From the NCBI RefSeq assembly GCF_004010195.1, contig NC_057719.1:5208412-5262985 (forward strand): a stretch of DNA of 54,574 nucleotides, in the 5' to 3' direction. Under the pieces are notes generated by a model. The model had not been told where the DNA came from and did no database searches. It saw only the letters and a list, made by a program, of their open reading frames with translations. The stretch's first letter is position 1, and each line of letters starts with the position of its first letter. Positions 33,130 through 45,900 of this stretch are shown here, piece by piece. The position numbers and the translations under genes were made by a program. Source of the stretch: Chiloscyllium plagiosum (Eukaryota).

Positions 33130-36100
33130 CATGGAACATAGAACAATACAGCGCAGAACAGGCCCTTCAGCCCTCAATGTTGCGCCAACCTGTGAACTAA
33201 TCTAAGCCCATATCCCCACACTATCCCATCATCATTCATGTGCTTATCCAAGGATTGTTTAAATCTCCCTAATGTGGCTGAGTTAACTGAATTGGCAGGT
33301 AGAGCATTCTGCGTCCTTACCACTTTCTGAGTAAAGAACCTGCCTCTGATATCTGTCTTAAATCTATCACCGCTCAGTTTGCAGCTATGGCCCTTCATAC
33401 ATGCTGATGTCATCATCCTAGAAAAACAACTTTCACTGTCTACCCTATATAATCCTCTGATCATCTTGTATATCTCTGTTAAATCCCCTCTTAGCCTTCT
33501 TCTTTCCAATGTGAACAGACCGAAGTCTCTCAGCTTTTCCTCATAAGACCTTCCCTCCAGACCAGGCAACATCCTGGTAAATCTCCTTTGCACCTTTTCC
33601 AATGCTTCCACGTCCTTCCTGTAATGAGGTGACCAGAACTGTACACAATATTCCAAGTGTGGCCGCACCAGCGTTTTGTATAGTTGCAGCATGATGGCTC
33701 AGAAACACAATCCCTCTACCAATAAAACCTAAAACACTGTATGCCTTCTAACAGCACTATCAACCTGGGTGACAACTTCCAGGGATCTATGTACATGGAC
33801 TCTAAGACCCCTCTCCACATCCACACTACCAAGAATCTTTCCATTGACGCTGTGCTCTGCCTTCCTGTTATTCTTCCCAAAGTGAATCACCTCACATTTA
33901 TCTGCATTGAATTCCATTTGCCACCTCTCAGCACAATTCTGCAGTTTATCCAAGTCCCCCTGCAACTTCTTCCACACTGTCTACCATTCCACCAACTTTA
34001 GTGTCATCTGCAAACTTACTGACCCATCCACCTATGCCTGCGTCCAAGTCATTTATAAAAATGACAAACAGCATTGGTTCCTAAACAGATCTTTGTGGCA
34101 CACCACTAATAACCGGAGTCTAGGCTGAATATTTTCCATCAACCACCACTTCTGCCTTTTTACAGAAAGCCAGTTTCTAATCCAAACTGCTAGATCATCT
34201 TCAATCCCATGTTTCTACATTTTCTCCAACAGCCTACCATGTGGAACCTTATCAAAGGCTTTACTGATGTCCATGTACACCACGTCAACTGCCCTACCCT
34301 CATCTACATGCTTGGTCACCTTCTCAAAAAACTCATTGAGGTTTGTGAGACATGACCTGCCCTTGACGAAACCATGTTGAATATCTGCAATCAAATTGTT
34401 GCTTGCTAGATGATTATAAATCCTATCTCTTATATTCCTTTCCAAAACTTTTCCTACAACAGATGTAAGGCTCACTGGTCTATAATCACTTGGGTCATCT
34501 CTACTGCCCTTCTTGAACAATGGCACAACATTTGCAATCCTCCAGTCCTCTGGTACTAAATCTGTAGACAATGATGACTCAAAGATCAAAACAAAAGGCA
34601 CCAACACCTCCTCCCTAGCTTCCCAGAGAATCCTGGGATAAATCTCATCTGGCCCAGGAAACTTGTCTACTTTCACTCCTTCTAGAATTGATAATACCTG
34701 TTCGCAACTAACCTCGATCCTTTCTAGTCTAATATCTCATATCTCATTCTTCTCCTCTACAATATACTCTTTTCCCTGTGTGAAAACTGATGAGAAATAT
34801 TCGTTTAGCACCTCTCCGATCATCACAGGGTCCACACACAACTTCTCACTTCTGTCTTTGACTGGCCCTATTCCTACCCTGGTCAACCTTTTATTCCTCA
34901 CATACCTATTAAAAAGCTTTAGGGTTCTCCTTTATCCTATTTGCTAAACACTGCTCGTGTCCTCTCTTTGCTCTTCTTAACTCTTTCTTTAAATTCTTCC
35001 AAGCTAATCTGTAACTCTCCATACCCTCATCTGTACTATCTTGTCTCATTTGTCACAAAAGCCTCCTTCTTCTGCGTAACAAGAGATGCAATTTCTGTAG
35101 TAAACCATGGTTCCCTTACCTTATCAGTTCCTTCCTGCCTGACAGGGACATACCTATCAAGGACACGCAATATCTGTTCCTTATTCCAGCTCCACATTTC
35201 CATTGTCTGCATCCCCTGCATTTTGCTACCCACTCAATGCATCCTAGGTCTTGCCTGAATGCATTATAATTGCCCTTGCCCTATCGATAACTCTTGCCCT
35301 GTGGCATGTACCTGTCCCTTTCCATCGCTAAACTAAACGTAACTGAATTATGGGCACTTCCTCCAAAGTACTCACCAGCAACTAAATCAAACACCTGGCC
35401 TGGTTCATTAACAAGCACCAGATCCAGTGTGGCCTCCCCTCCCCTTCGACATACTGTGTCAGGAAACCCTCCTGTACATATTGGACCAAAACTGAACCAT
35501 CCAACATACTAGAGTTATAGCATTTCCAGTCAATGTTGGGGAAGTTAAAGTCCCCATAATGACCACCCTGTTTCTTTCACTCCTACCCAGAATAGTTTTG
35601 CCAATCCTCTCTTCCTCCTCCCTGGAACTCTGCGGAGGCCTATAAAAAATTCCAAGCAGTGTGACCTCTCCTTTCCTGTTTCTAACCTCAGCCCACATTA
35701 CCTCAGTTGACGAGTCCTCGTCAAAAGTTCTTTCAGCCACCGTTATACTGTCCTTGACTATCAAGGCCACGCCTCCTCCTCTTTTACTGCCTTATCTATT
35801 CTTAATGAAAGATCTAAACTCTGGAACCTGCAACATCCATTCCTCACCCTGCACTATCCATGTCTTCGAAATGGCCACAACATCGAAGTCCCAGGTATCT
35901 ATCCATGCTGCAAGCTCACATACCTTATTTTGGATACATCTGGTGTTGAAGTAGACACACTTCAAACTAGCTTGCTGTCTGTCAGCACATTCCTGTGACA
36001 GTGAAATCCTGTCCCTCTCCTCCCTAATCTCATCCTCCTGTGCACTAGAACTACACCTCAGGTTCCTATCCCCCTGCTGAGCTAGTTTAAACGCACCTGA

Positions 36101-36587
36101 ATAGCACTAGCAAATTTCCCACCCAGGATATTAGTACCACTCTGGTTCAAGTGAAGACCATCCTGTTTGTAGAGGTCCCACTTCCCCAGAATGAGCCCCA
36201 ATTATCCATGTACCTGAAACCCTCCCTCCTGCACCATCCCTTCAGCCATGTGTTCAGCTGATATCTCTCCCTATTCCTTGCCTCGCTATCACGTGGCACG
36301 GGTAACAAACCAGAGATAACAACTCTGTTTATTCTAGCTCTCAGCTTCCACCATAGCTCCCTGAAACCCTGCCTTACATCCCTATCCCTCTTTTAACCTA
36401 TGTCGTTGGTACCTACGTGGACCACGACTTGGGGCTGATCACCCTCTCCCTTCAGGACCCCAAAGACACGATCTGAGGCATCACAGACCCTGGCACCTGG
36501 GAAGCAACACACCAACCGTGAGTCTTGTTCATTCCCAACAAACCTTCTATCTGACCCTCTAACTATTGAATCCCCAATGACTAACAT
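33130..36587 (-). mobile_element. CR1 LINE (~3.45 kb; ORF1 esterase-like end plus ORF2) inserted in gag of Gmr1-like element 1
   Basis: LVIGDSIVRG..VCCFPGARV..VVHVGTNDIG (SGNH-like ORF1), GIFYRPP, HGFVKGRSCLTNL, YMDISKAFDKVPH, RPHLEYCVQFWSP. Confidence 0.9.
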
Positions 36588-39500
36588 TGAAAAGCTTAAA
36601 TTGTAAGGGAATTACTCAAACACTTAGGTGTATCAGAGGAACAGACAAGTGCAGGAGAGGTAGAAAAACTTAAATTACAATTGAGGAAAATGGTGTTAGA
36701 AGTTAAACAAAGAGAGAGAGAAAGAGAAAAAGAGAGAAGAAAGAGAGAGAGAGGAGAGAGAAGAAAAAGAAAGAGAGAGAAAGAGAATTTGAACTTGAGA
36801 AATTCTGACTTAGCAAAGTCAGGTTAACAGGATGGAGATTAAAAGAGAATGTAGTGATATATACAAATATGTCAAAACTCTATCACATTTTGATGAGAAA
36901 GATGTTGAAACCATCTTTATTTCATTTGAAACATTGGCTAGGCAGATGGAGTGGTACAAGGATTTATGGGTAATGCTAGTTCAGACTAAACTGGTAGGCA
37001 GAGCTAATGAGGTATTTTCCACACTGTCAGATGAGGTATCAAGAGATTATGAAGAGGTCAAACAAGTTATTTTAAGTGTTTATGAATTGGTACCAGAAGC
37101 ATATAGACAATGGTTCAGAAATACAAAGAAGGAACCAGGTCAGGTTTATGTTGAGTTCGAAAGAATTAATTATAGTAATTTTGATCAATGGGCGCGTGCT
37201 TTAAAAATAGATAAGACCTTTGAGGCTCTAAGAGAGATTGTTCTGCTGGAGGAGTTTAAAAACTCACTTCCAGAGATAGTAAGAATTCACATGGAGGAAC
37301 AGAAAGTTCAGGAAGTGAGAAGGACAGCTGTTTCCATGCTGTACATCTCTATGACTCTATGGTGCATAAGACAAGCTTCCAGCCAGAATTTCGTCCTGTG
37401 TGAGATAGAAGTTGGGAGAAGGGGAGATCCTACACTACTAAAGAAAGAGTAGAGAACACTGGTAAGATTTTATCACAGGTTAAAGACTCTCAAGAGAGTG
37501 GACAGGAGGTGAAGGGCTCCTGTCTGAAACATTGATTTTCCTGCTCTTCGGATGCTGCCTGACCTGCTATGCTATTCCAGCACCACTCTAATCTTGATTG
37601 AAGAGGTGAAAGGCCTCAGGTATTTTCACTGTAATGGAGTGGAACACAGAAAATTACAGTGCTGGTGGTTTCAGAAGCGCACTGGGCACTACAAGCGAAG
37701 TGGCACTACAAGAAAAGATGTGGTAAAAGAAGCTAAGCCAGTGGCATTAGTGAAGGTAGTAAAAGAGACCCCAAGAAGAGCCAAGGAGCTGCAGGACAGT
37801 GCACAGCCTAGGCAGGGCTGGGTATGGAGTTAGTACCTGATTTGTACAAAGAATTTGCCTCTGTGGGTAAAGTCTACTCAGAAAGAACAGGGGGAGAAGG
37901 GCAAGAAGTTATAATTTTGAGAGATACAGGATCTAACCTGTTGCTGATAGTAAGGGATGAGCGAATATGCACTCTTTCTGATCTATGACCTGAGAGTGTG
38001 GTAATTTGTGAGATCGATGGACAGAAATTTAGTGTTCCCTATGTAAGGTCAGGTCGGAGTGCCAACTCAAGACTTGGGAAGTTACAGTGGGAGTGATTGA
38101 CAGAGTGTCAGTTCCAGAAGTTCAGTTTGTTCTTGGGAATGATTTAGCAGGATCCAAGGTGAGAGGGACACCCCTTGTTATGGAGAAGCCCAAGGAAGAC
38201 CAAGAAACTGAGGAGTTAAAACAGAAATATCCTGGTATTTTCCCAGACTATGCGGTAACCAGATCCAATTATCATAAGTCACAGCATGAAGCAAAAAGTA
38301 AAGAGAAAGATAGAGTTGAAATTCAGTTAGCAATAATGCTTGAAGTAATGGTGCAGGAAAAACCTGAACATGCAGAGGGTCAGACAGAAGTGTTTAGTCC
38401 TGAAAGATTAAGAGACTTGCAACAGCAAGACAAGATGATAAAAGATATATATGTGGATGTGTACTCAGCAAAGGAGGCAGAGAATATTTTAGAGGGTTAT
38501 TATCTGAAAGATAGAATCCTAAGGCAGAAATGGAGACCACGGGCAGGTTAGTGCATAGGAGAAACGTGGTTGATTTGTCCGTAGCATACAGACAGGAGGT
38601 GTTATGGGTAGCACATGAACTACTGGTAGGAGGTCACCTAGGGGTACAAAAGACTCAGGCTAAGGTACAAAAACATTTTTATTGGCCTGGAATGCACAAG
38701 GATGTGGTTAACCTTTGCCCCACATGTCATACATGCCAAATGGTAGGTAAGCCACAGGCAGTAATAAAACCAGCACCTTTGTTGCCAATTCCTGCATTTG
38801 AAGAACCTTTCATGTGGGTTACAATTGATTGTGTAGGTCCGTTCCCGAGAACTAAAAGTGGGAACCAGAACTTGTTAACCATAATGAATGTGTCTACAAA
38901 TTTCCGGAGGCAATTCCTTGGAGCATCAAGGCAAAAAAGGTGGTAGAAGAGTTAGTAGGTTTCTTCACATATATGGGCTACCCAGAGAGATTCAGTCAGG
39001 ACAAGGGCCAAATTTTACTGCTAGGCTGTTTAAGGAGGTTATGGATAGCTTAGGTATACAGCACTTTAAATCCAGGGCGTATCATCCTGAATCCCAGGGA
39101 GCTTTAGAAAGGTGGCATCAGACCCTGAAGACGATGTTTAGAGCATATTCTCAGGATTACCCGAATGATTGGGATAAAGGTATCCCATTCATATTGTTTG
39201 CTATTAGAGATGCCCCAAATGAATCTCGTCAGTTCATTTCCTCCGAGTTAATATTTGGGCATGAAGTGAGAGGCCCTTTGAAATTAATTCAAGAAAAATT
39301 GGCAGGACCAAAGTCGGAGATTTCACACTTACATTATGTATCGGAGGTGAGGGAGAGATTGAGTCAAGTAGGTGAATTAGCTAAACAGCACCTAAAGAGG
39401 GCACAGTGTAGAATGAAGCAGGTGGCAGATAAAAACTCTGAGACTCGGACATTTTCCCGAGGGGTTGACATGTTAGTACTGTTACCAGTGATAGGAGATC

Positions 39501-39636
39501 CCTTCAAAGCCAGGTTTAGTGGTCCCTATCAAATTGAGAAAAAGTTGAGTCAGGTGAACTATCTAGTAAAGATGCCAGATAGAGAAAACGGTATCGGGTA
39601 TGTCATGTGAACATGTTGAAACCGTATTATACTAGA

Positions 39637-39924
39637 TTAGATTACATTACAGCGTGGAAACAGGCCCTTTGACCCAACAAGTCCACACCGACCCGCCGAA
39701 GCGCAACCCACCCATACCCCTTACCTAACACTACGGGCAATTTAGCATGGCCAATTCACCTGACCTGCACATCTTTGGACTGTGGGAGGAAACCGGAGCA
39801 CCCGGAGGAAACCCACGCAGACACGGGGAGAACGTGCAAACTCCACAAAGTGAGTCGCCTGAGGCAGGAATTGAACCCAGGTCTCCGGCGCTGTGAGGCA
39901 GCAGTGCTAACCACTGTACCGCCC
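39637..39924 (-). mobile_element. HE1 SINE in Gmr1-like element 1, with TSD
   Basis: HE1 body; actaga at 39631-39636 and 39925-39930. Confidence 0.9.
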
Positions 39925-42255
39925 ACTAGAGGGAAAGAACTGGAGAATCAGGTGTTGGTTACTGCCCTGCAGTGTGAGGAATCAAATCGAGATGACATGG
40001 ATTTTGATGCGCCTCAAAATAGATTAGGTTAGCAAGCTATGTGTCTTAGGAGCATAGAACACAGTTGAAAGATTTGTTACTGCAGTATGAGGACATATGT
40101 AAGAATTAGATGGGGAGGACTAATGCTATTGTACATGAAGTAGATGTAGGGAATACTGCTCCGATAAAACAACATCCCTATCGGCTAAATCCTTTCAAAG
40201 CCAGACAGATCCGGATGGAGGTGGAGGTCAGGCTCAATGAGGACATTATCGAACCGAGCCAGAGTGAGTGGAGCTCGCCGATCGTCTTAGCTCTCTAACT
40301 GGACGGGACTCAATGATTCTGTGCTGATTATCGGAAGGTCAACGCTGTTACAAAATCAGACTCATATCCGATTCCTAGATTGGAGGACAGTATCAAGAAA
40401 GTCAGATAAGCCATTTACATCACCAAGTTGGATTTAATGCCTGGTTACTGGCATTTATCAGAGTAGGTGAAAGAAATATCTGTGTTTGTAACCCCAAATG
40501 GGCTCTATCAGTTTAAAGTGATGCCCTTTGGAATGAAGAAAGCACCCGCCACATTCCAAAGACTCATGATCAGAGTTGTGGCTGGGTTAACAAATTGCGC
40601 AGTATGTTTGGATGATGTAGTGATCTTTAGTAAGTCTTGGAAAGATCACATGGCAGAGCTCTTTGAACAACTATGAGAAGCAAAACTGGTGATAAACTTA
40701 AAGAAAACAGAACTTGCAAAAAGCAGAGGTGATGTTCTTCGGACATAACACCGATCATGGAAGGTTCACCCCACGGAACGCAAAGATGAAGGCCATCGAG
40801 GAATTTCCACGACCAACCTCAAAGAAAGAATTCTTAGGACTCAGTGGATTCCAACGGAAGTTTATTCCAAACTTCAGCAGTGTAGTGGCACCGCTAACTG
40901 ATTTGCTGAAGAAGAACACAAAGTTTCGGTGGACAGAACAATGCCAGACCATTTGAAAGCAATACTAACCACCAAACCAGTTTTAGCTACACCAAACTTT
41001 TCAAAACTTTTTAAAGTCGTCATCGATGCTAGTGATGTAAGGGTTGGAGCTGTACTCCTACAGGAAGATGATGATGGGATTGAACTGTCAGTTGTTACTT
41101 TTCAAAGAACCTCAACATCCACCAGAGGAAAGACTGCACGGTTGGAAAGGAACTATTGAGTTTGGTACTGGCCTTACAACATTTTAATGTGTATGACACA
41201 AACAATCTGTCGGAGATGGTTGTGTATGCAGATCACATTCCGCTTACATTCTTAGAACACTTTAAAGAAAAGAATATGAGACTATTTCGTTGGAGTCTTA
41301 TGTTACAGACATTTAATTTACAAATTATACATGCTGCGTGTCGTAAGAATGTAATCGCAGATGCGTCATTGTGGATTTAACTGTTAAAGATTAAATGAGA
41401 TTTGCATTAATTTAATGTTTTATATATATTACACACTTATGTGGGAAGAAGTTCAGGTGAAGTTAGATTAAAGTTATCAGTTTGTTATGGTCATGTGTTT
41501 AAAGAAAAATAGAAGCCATCTTTTCATTTCGATGGTTCAGGTTTTCTGAAGGGGAGAGGTGTAATGAAGATGTGGGTGTACCGCACCTTTAAGACAGTTA
41601 AAAGGTAGCAGAACTACCTGACAGCACCAAGTGTTCTGAATAAGATACAATATAACATGTGGTCCATCAGCTAGGGTAGCTGGTTGTCTAGAGACAAAAA
41701 CAAATTTGAATTAGGCCAATCAGTATAAATTATACCCCAAAAGAAATCCCAAACTCCAATCAAGTTTGTATTTAGTATATTGACAATATTAAAAGCCAAT
41801 GACACAATTGAGGGTATAAGAAAGGGGAAAATTGAACAGTTGAGAGAGAACTGCCAAGCCACCAGCATGGACAGACTGTCCGAAAAATAACTTCTGTAAA
41901 GGTAGCTTTATCGATCAGTGACCTGTGAAACAGAAATCCCTGAGAAGAAGAAAAGAAGACAGAGGAAGGTATAAAGAGAAGATTTGACAGCTGGCTGGTT
42001 TTGAAATTTGAATTTTTGGTAAATCTTACTTGGGGGTTTTATCGGACTTGTATTGTAGAAGGGAAAGTAAAAGATAGGTTAGAGGAAGGAGTTGCAAATA
42101 GTTGCTAGTTAATTATTCACAGTTATACCTTAAGAAACAAGTTGTTAATTTTTACTTGAAATATTTCTTGGCCTCTCAACTTTTCACAGATTACTGCACA
42201 GGATAGATATTTTCTGTGTAGCTGGTTTAAATCAAGCAGGAGGGTTTACCCCATG

Positions 42256-42994
42256 TTCCAGCTTGCTCTGAGCTGGGCTGGAGCACTTCAGCAAGCCTGA
42301 GTTACAGATATTGGCCAGGGAACAGAGTGGTGTGTTGAAGTGGCAGGCAACTGGAAGCTCGGGTAATTTTAGTCGATGGAATGTTGGTGTTCCGCAAAGT
42401 GGTTGCCCAGTCTGCGTTTTGTCTCTCCGTGTGTAGAGACCACATTGTGAGCAGCAAATGCAGTAGATTGGATTGAGTGAAGTGCGCTGCTTCACCAGGA
42501 TGATGTGTTTGGGCTCTTGGACAGTGAGGAGGGAGGAAGTAAACAGGCAGATGTTACACGTTCTGCAGTTGCAGGGGAAGGTGCTGTGGGTCTGTTGGGG
42601 GTCGGGAGGGAGGTTTTGGGAGTGGAGGAGAAGTGGCCCAGGGTCTCCTGCAGTCAATGTCCCTATGGAAGGTTGAGAGGGGTGGGGAACATGTGTCTGT
42701 TGGGGGTATCCTGCTGGAGATGGCAGAAGTAGGAGCTAATGATCCTTTGGATGTGGATGTTGGTAGGATGGTGGGTGAGGACAAGGGGGACCCTATTGCT
42801 GTTGTGGGAAGGAAGAGAGTGGCTGAGAGTGAAGTGCGTGAGATGGGTTGGACCCAGCTGAGGGCCCTGTCAATTACGGTGCTGGGGAAGTCTCGGTTGA
42901 GGAAGAAGGTGGAGATTTCAGAGGCCCCTATGTCAAAGTTAACATCATCAGAACAGCTGCAAGAGATGGAGGAACTGGGAGAATGGAAAGAGAC
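42256..42994 (-). mobile_element. Penelope-like element, GIY-YIG region (segment 2 of 3)
   Basis: CNCRTCNIC..VKQR..NPIYCICCSQCGLY (ORF 42232-42657); reverse-complement homology to 9860-10590. Confidence 0.8.
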
Positions 42995-45900
42995 TCTGAT
43001 GGTGCTCCTCCTTTAACAAGGTTAGGTTGTCCTTGGGTTTTATTTTTCAGAGGGGACATAAAGACAGGGGCTCTGTTTTGTCTGTGTTTACCTACTTGAA
43101 GAAACATCTTAAATAAAAACAAACACTTGTACAATGAAAGTGGAGTGGTCACTTCTCTCAGCTCAGCTTTACTCGGGTTTGGTATGGTTTGATTTGGGTT
43201 TAGTAGGGGAAAGTGAGGTCTGCAGATGCTGGTTTTAGTAGTCTGGGTTTAGTAGTCTGGCTGTTCAGAGCAAGCAGTCAGTCAGTTTTGAGGTTGCTGC
43301 TCATGGAAACAGCTCTATGGAAGAAAGTGTTCCATGCAGAATCTCTCTGCCATCTCTCTCTCCTCTGTAAGACCCTGTGTTTGATTTTACCTTTGTTGCA
43401 AAGGGGCGTTTACGGGGATTGTTGCAAATATTTAGAACAGCATCATTAAATTGGGATAATCTGTTGGATTTTTGGATAAACTAAGTTATTCTGTATTCTG
43501 TCCTCTTTTGTTTGTGTTTCATTTGTTACTTTGTGAATAAATTATGTTTTGTTTAAAAGTGAGGGGTTTTGACCAGCTGCATCACTCCTGGCATATCCAC
43601 TTACACCTGCTCAAAGCAACTCAAAGAGTTAGGGTCTGGGCGACCTTCTTGCACTGTTTTGAAGGGGTCTGGCCTGGTCCATAACAGATTGGGAGTTTTG
43701 TGCAGGATTTGTCCTATAATTCCGATTTGGGATTAGGATTGCTCAATGCAAAGGCAGCGAGTCATAGTTGTTCATGTCTTTTGTTCTGGATGTTGAATTC
43801 TATTGGTTTAAACAATGCTGGGGATAGCAATAGCTCTTTCAGTTACTAAGAGTCTTCTGGGGGCGGAAGAAGTGACTTTGGGGACCTTAGAAAAGGTAAG
43901 TAAGGCCAAGCTGCTGGGATTAGCCGACATACTGGAGTTGGATCTGCCTCCTTCCATCAGAAAAGGAGAGATAATTACAGCAATAGATCAGTGTTTTAAA
44001 TTGCTGAAAACACCACCAGAATCTTTGGAGGTGGGTGAAATTCAATTAAAAATGAAGCAGTTTGAGTTAGCGGCAAAAGACAAGGACAGAGCAAAAGAAA
44101 TGAAACTGTTTGAACTACGATTAAAAGCTGAGGAAAGAGAAAAAGAATGAAAGACCCTTGCAGAATAAAAAGTATAAGGGAGAGAAAGAAAGAGAGAAGA
44201 GAGGGAAAGAGAGAAAAAGAGAGAGAGGATAGAAAGAAAGAGAGGGTGTTTGAAGATCAGAAATTGGCACTTAGACAGGAAAGTCAGTTTAAATGGATGG
44301 GGATGAAGACTGAACATAAGCTCAGTGAGGAAGAGAGTGAGGATGAGCAAACCCATGGGAACCAAAGGCCTGGTGAGAAACTGTTTAAATATATTCATGC
44401 ATTGCCTAAATTTGATGAGAAGAATCCAGAAGCCTTTATCATCTCATTTGAGATGGTGGCTAAAAAAATGCAGTGGTCAGTGATTATGTGGGTTTTGTTG
44501 ATCCAAACAAAACTTGTATGTAGAGCTCGTGAGGTGCTCACATCACTATCAGAGGAGGTATCTGGGGTGTGTGAGAAGGTGAAGAAAGCCAGTTGAAGTG
44601 CATATGAGCTTGTGCCAGAAGCCTACAGACAACGTTTCAGGATTTTAAGGAGAGACTCTGGTTTGAAAGTATCAAAGAAAGTAACTATAATAGCTGGATA
44701 AGGGCACTCAAGCCAATGATGTTCTTAGAGACACAATTAATTTGGAGGAAAAATCACTCTCTGAAGTAGTGAGAATTCATGTGCAAGAGCAGAGAGTTAA
44801 AATGGTAAGATTAGCAGCTGAAATGGCTGATGATTATGAGTTGGTTCATAAATCACTGTTTGGCTTCAACATCAATTTCAATCCGCAAGGGATAGAAACT
44901 GGGGGAAAGGTGGATCTCGGTGAAGATCACAAGGATAAATTACCACAGGGTAAAATGGAAACCCTTGAAGGGGAAAGAGAGCTTAAAAAGCTCTGGTGTT
45001 TTCACTGCAATAAGGTAGGCCGCATGAAATCAGTATTGGTGTTTGAGAAAAAGCACTGGGAAGAGAGATGTAGGAAAACAGATAAGCCAGTGAATTTTGT
45101 TGGAGGGTAACGGAAAGCACAGTGGAGGGTAAAAAGCTGCACCAGAATGTACAACTGGTTGGAGATTGGTTAAGGAGGAAGTGCCAGATCTTTTCAAACC
45201 GTATACCTGCAAAGGGTATAGACCAGGAGCAGCAGGTAAAGAGGTTTCAATTTTACGAGATACAGGATCCTCTCAGTCTTTGATGTTGAAAGTTGAGGCG
45301 ATGTGTACCCTTGAAGGACTATTGCCAGAAAAAGTGCCAGTAACAGGAATTCTCGCTGAGACTAGAAGCACTCAATTATGTAGAGTGAGGTTAGGGTGTC
45401 CAATGAAAGTTATGGTTGGAGGACTGGACAAACTTTCAGCTGCTGGAATACAATTTGTCCTTGCTAATGATATCGCTGGTTCACAGGTAGGAATGTTGTC
45501 TGCTGTGTTTGAAAAGCCAGTGGAAACTCGGGTTATTGCAGGACACACATCCTGGGATTTTTTTGTGACTGTGTGGTAATGAGGTCACCAAGTCACCAGT
45601 GGAAACAGGAGAGATCAAAGAGTACAGATAAGAAGGCTGAAGTGGAATTACCAAAGACCCTGTGTGATCAAATGGTTGTCACAAAACAGGAGCAGATAGG
45701 TGACAAACCAATTGTATCAAAAACCATACACAGTAGAATCTAGATATACCCCAGTGTGCAAATATCTGAAAAATGATGTGTTAATGAGGAAATGGAGACC
45801 ATCACATTTTCAGGTAGTTGAGAAATGGGCAGAAGTTCATCAAGTCATGTTGGAACATATGAGAACTAGGAGCAGGAGTAGGCTGTCTGGCCCCTCGGCT

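Larger units (their letters stand above)
32039..42255 (+). mobile_element. Gmr1-like Ty3/Gypsy LTR retrotransposon 1 (full span, decayed)
   Basis: 5' LTR 32039-32736 (TGTTAT..ATAACA), tRNA-Pro PBS 32740+, gag PEAYRQWFR..LLEEFKNSLP plus CCHC-like knuckle, protease LRDTG ~37915, integrase AHE..GHLG..CHTCQ/IDCVGP/YHPESQGALER/GPY 38530-39610, RT 40110-40700, RNase H to 41380, PPT 41548-41559, 3' LTR 41560-42255; TSD ttcc 32035-32038 and 42256-42259. Confidence 0.92.

Noticed and set aside
36705..36790. GA-rich tract (also 44080-44245)
   Set aside because: Low-complexity E/R/K coiled-coil region of Gmr1-like gag, not a separate feature.
36832..39610. Possible domesticated SCAN or integrase gene
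   Set aside because: Multiple stops, frameshifts and nested insertions inside an LTR-bounded element; consistent with neutral decay.
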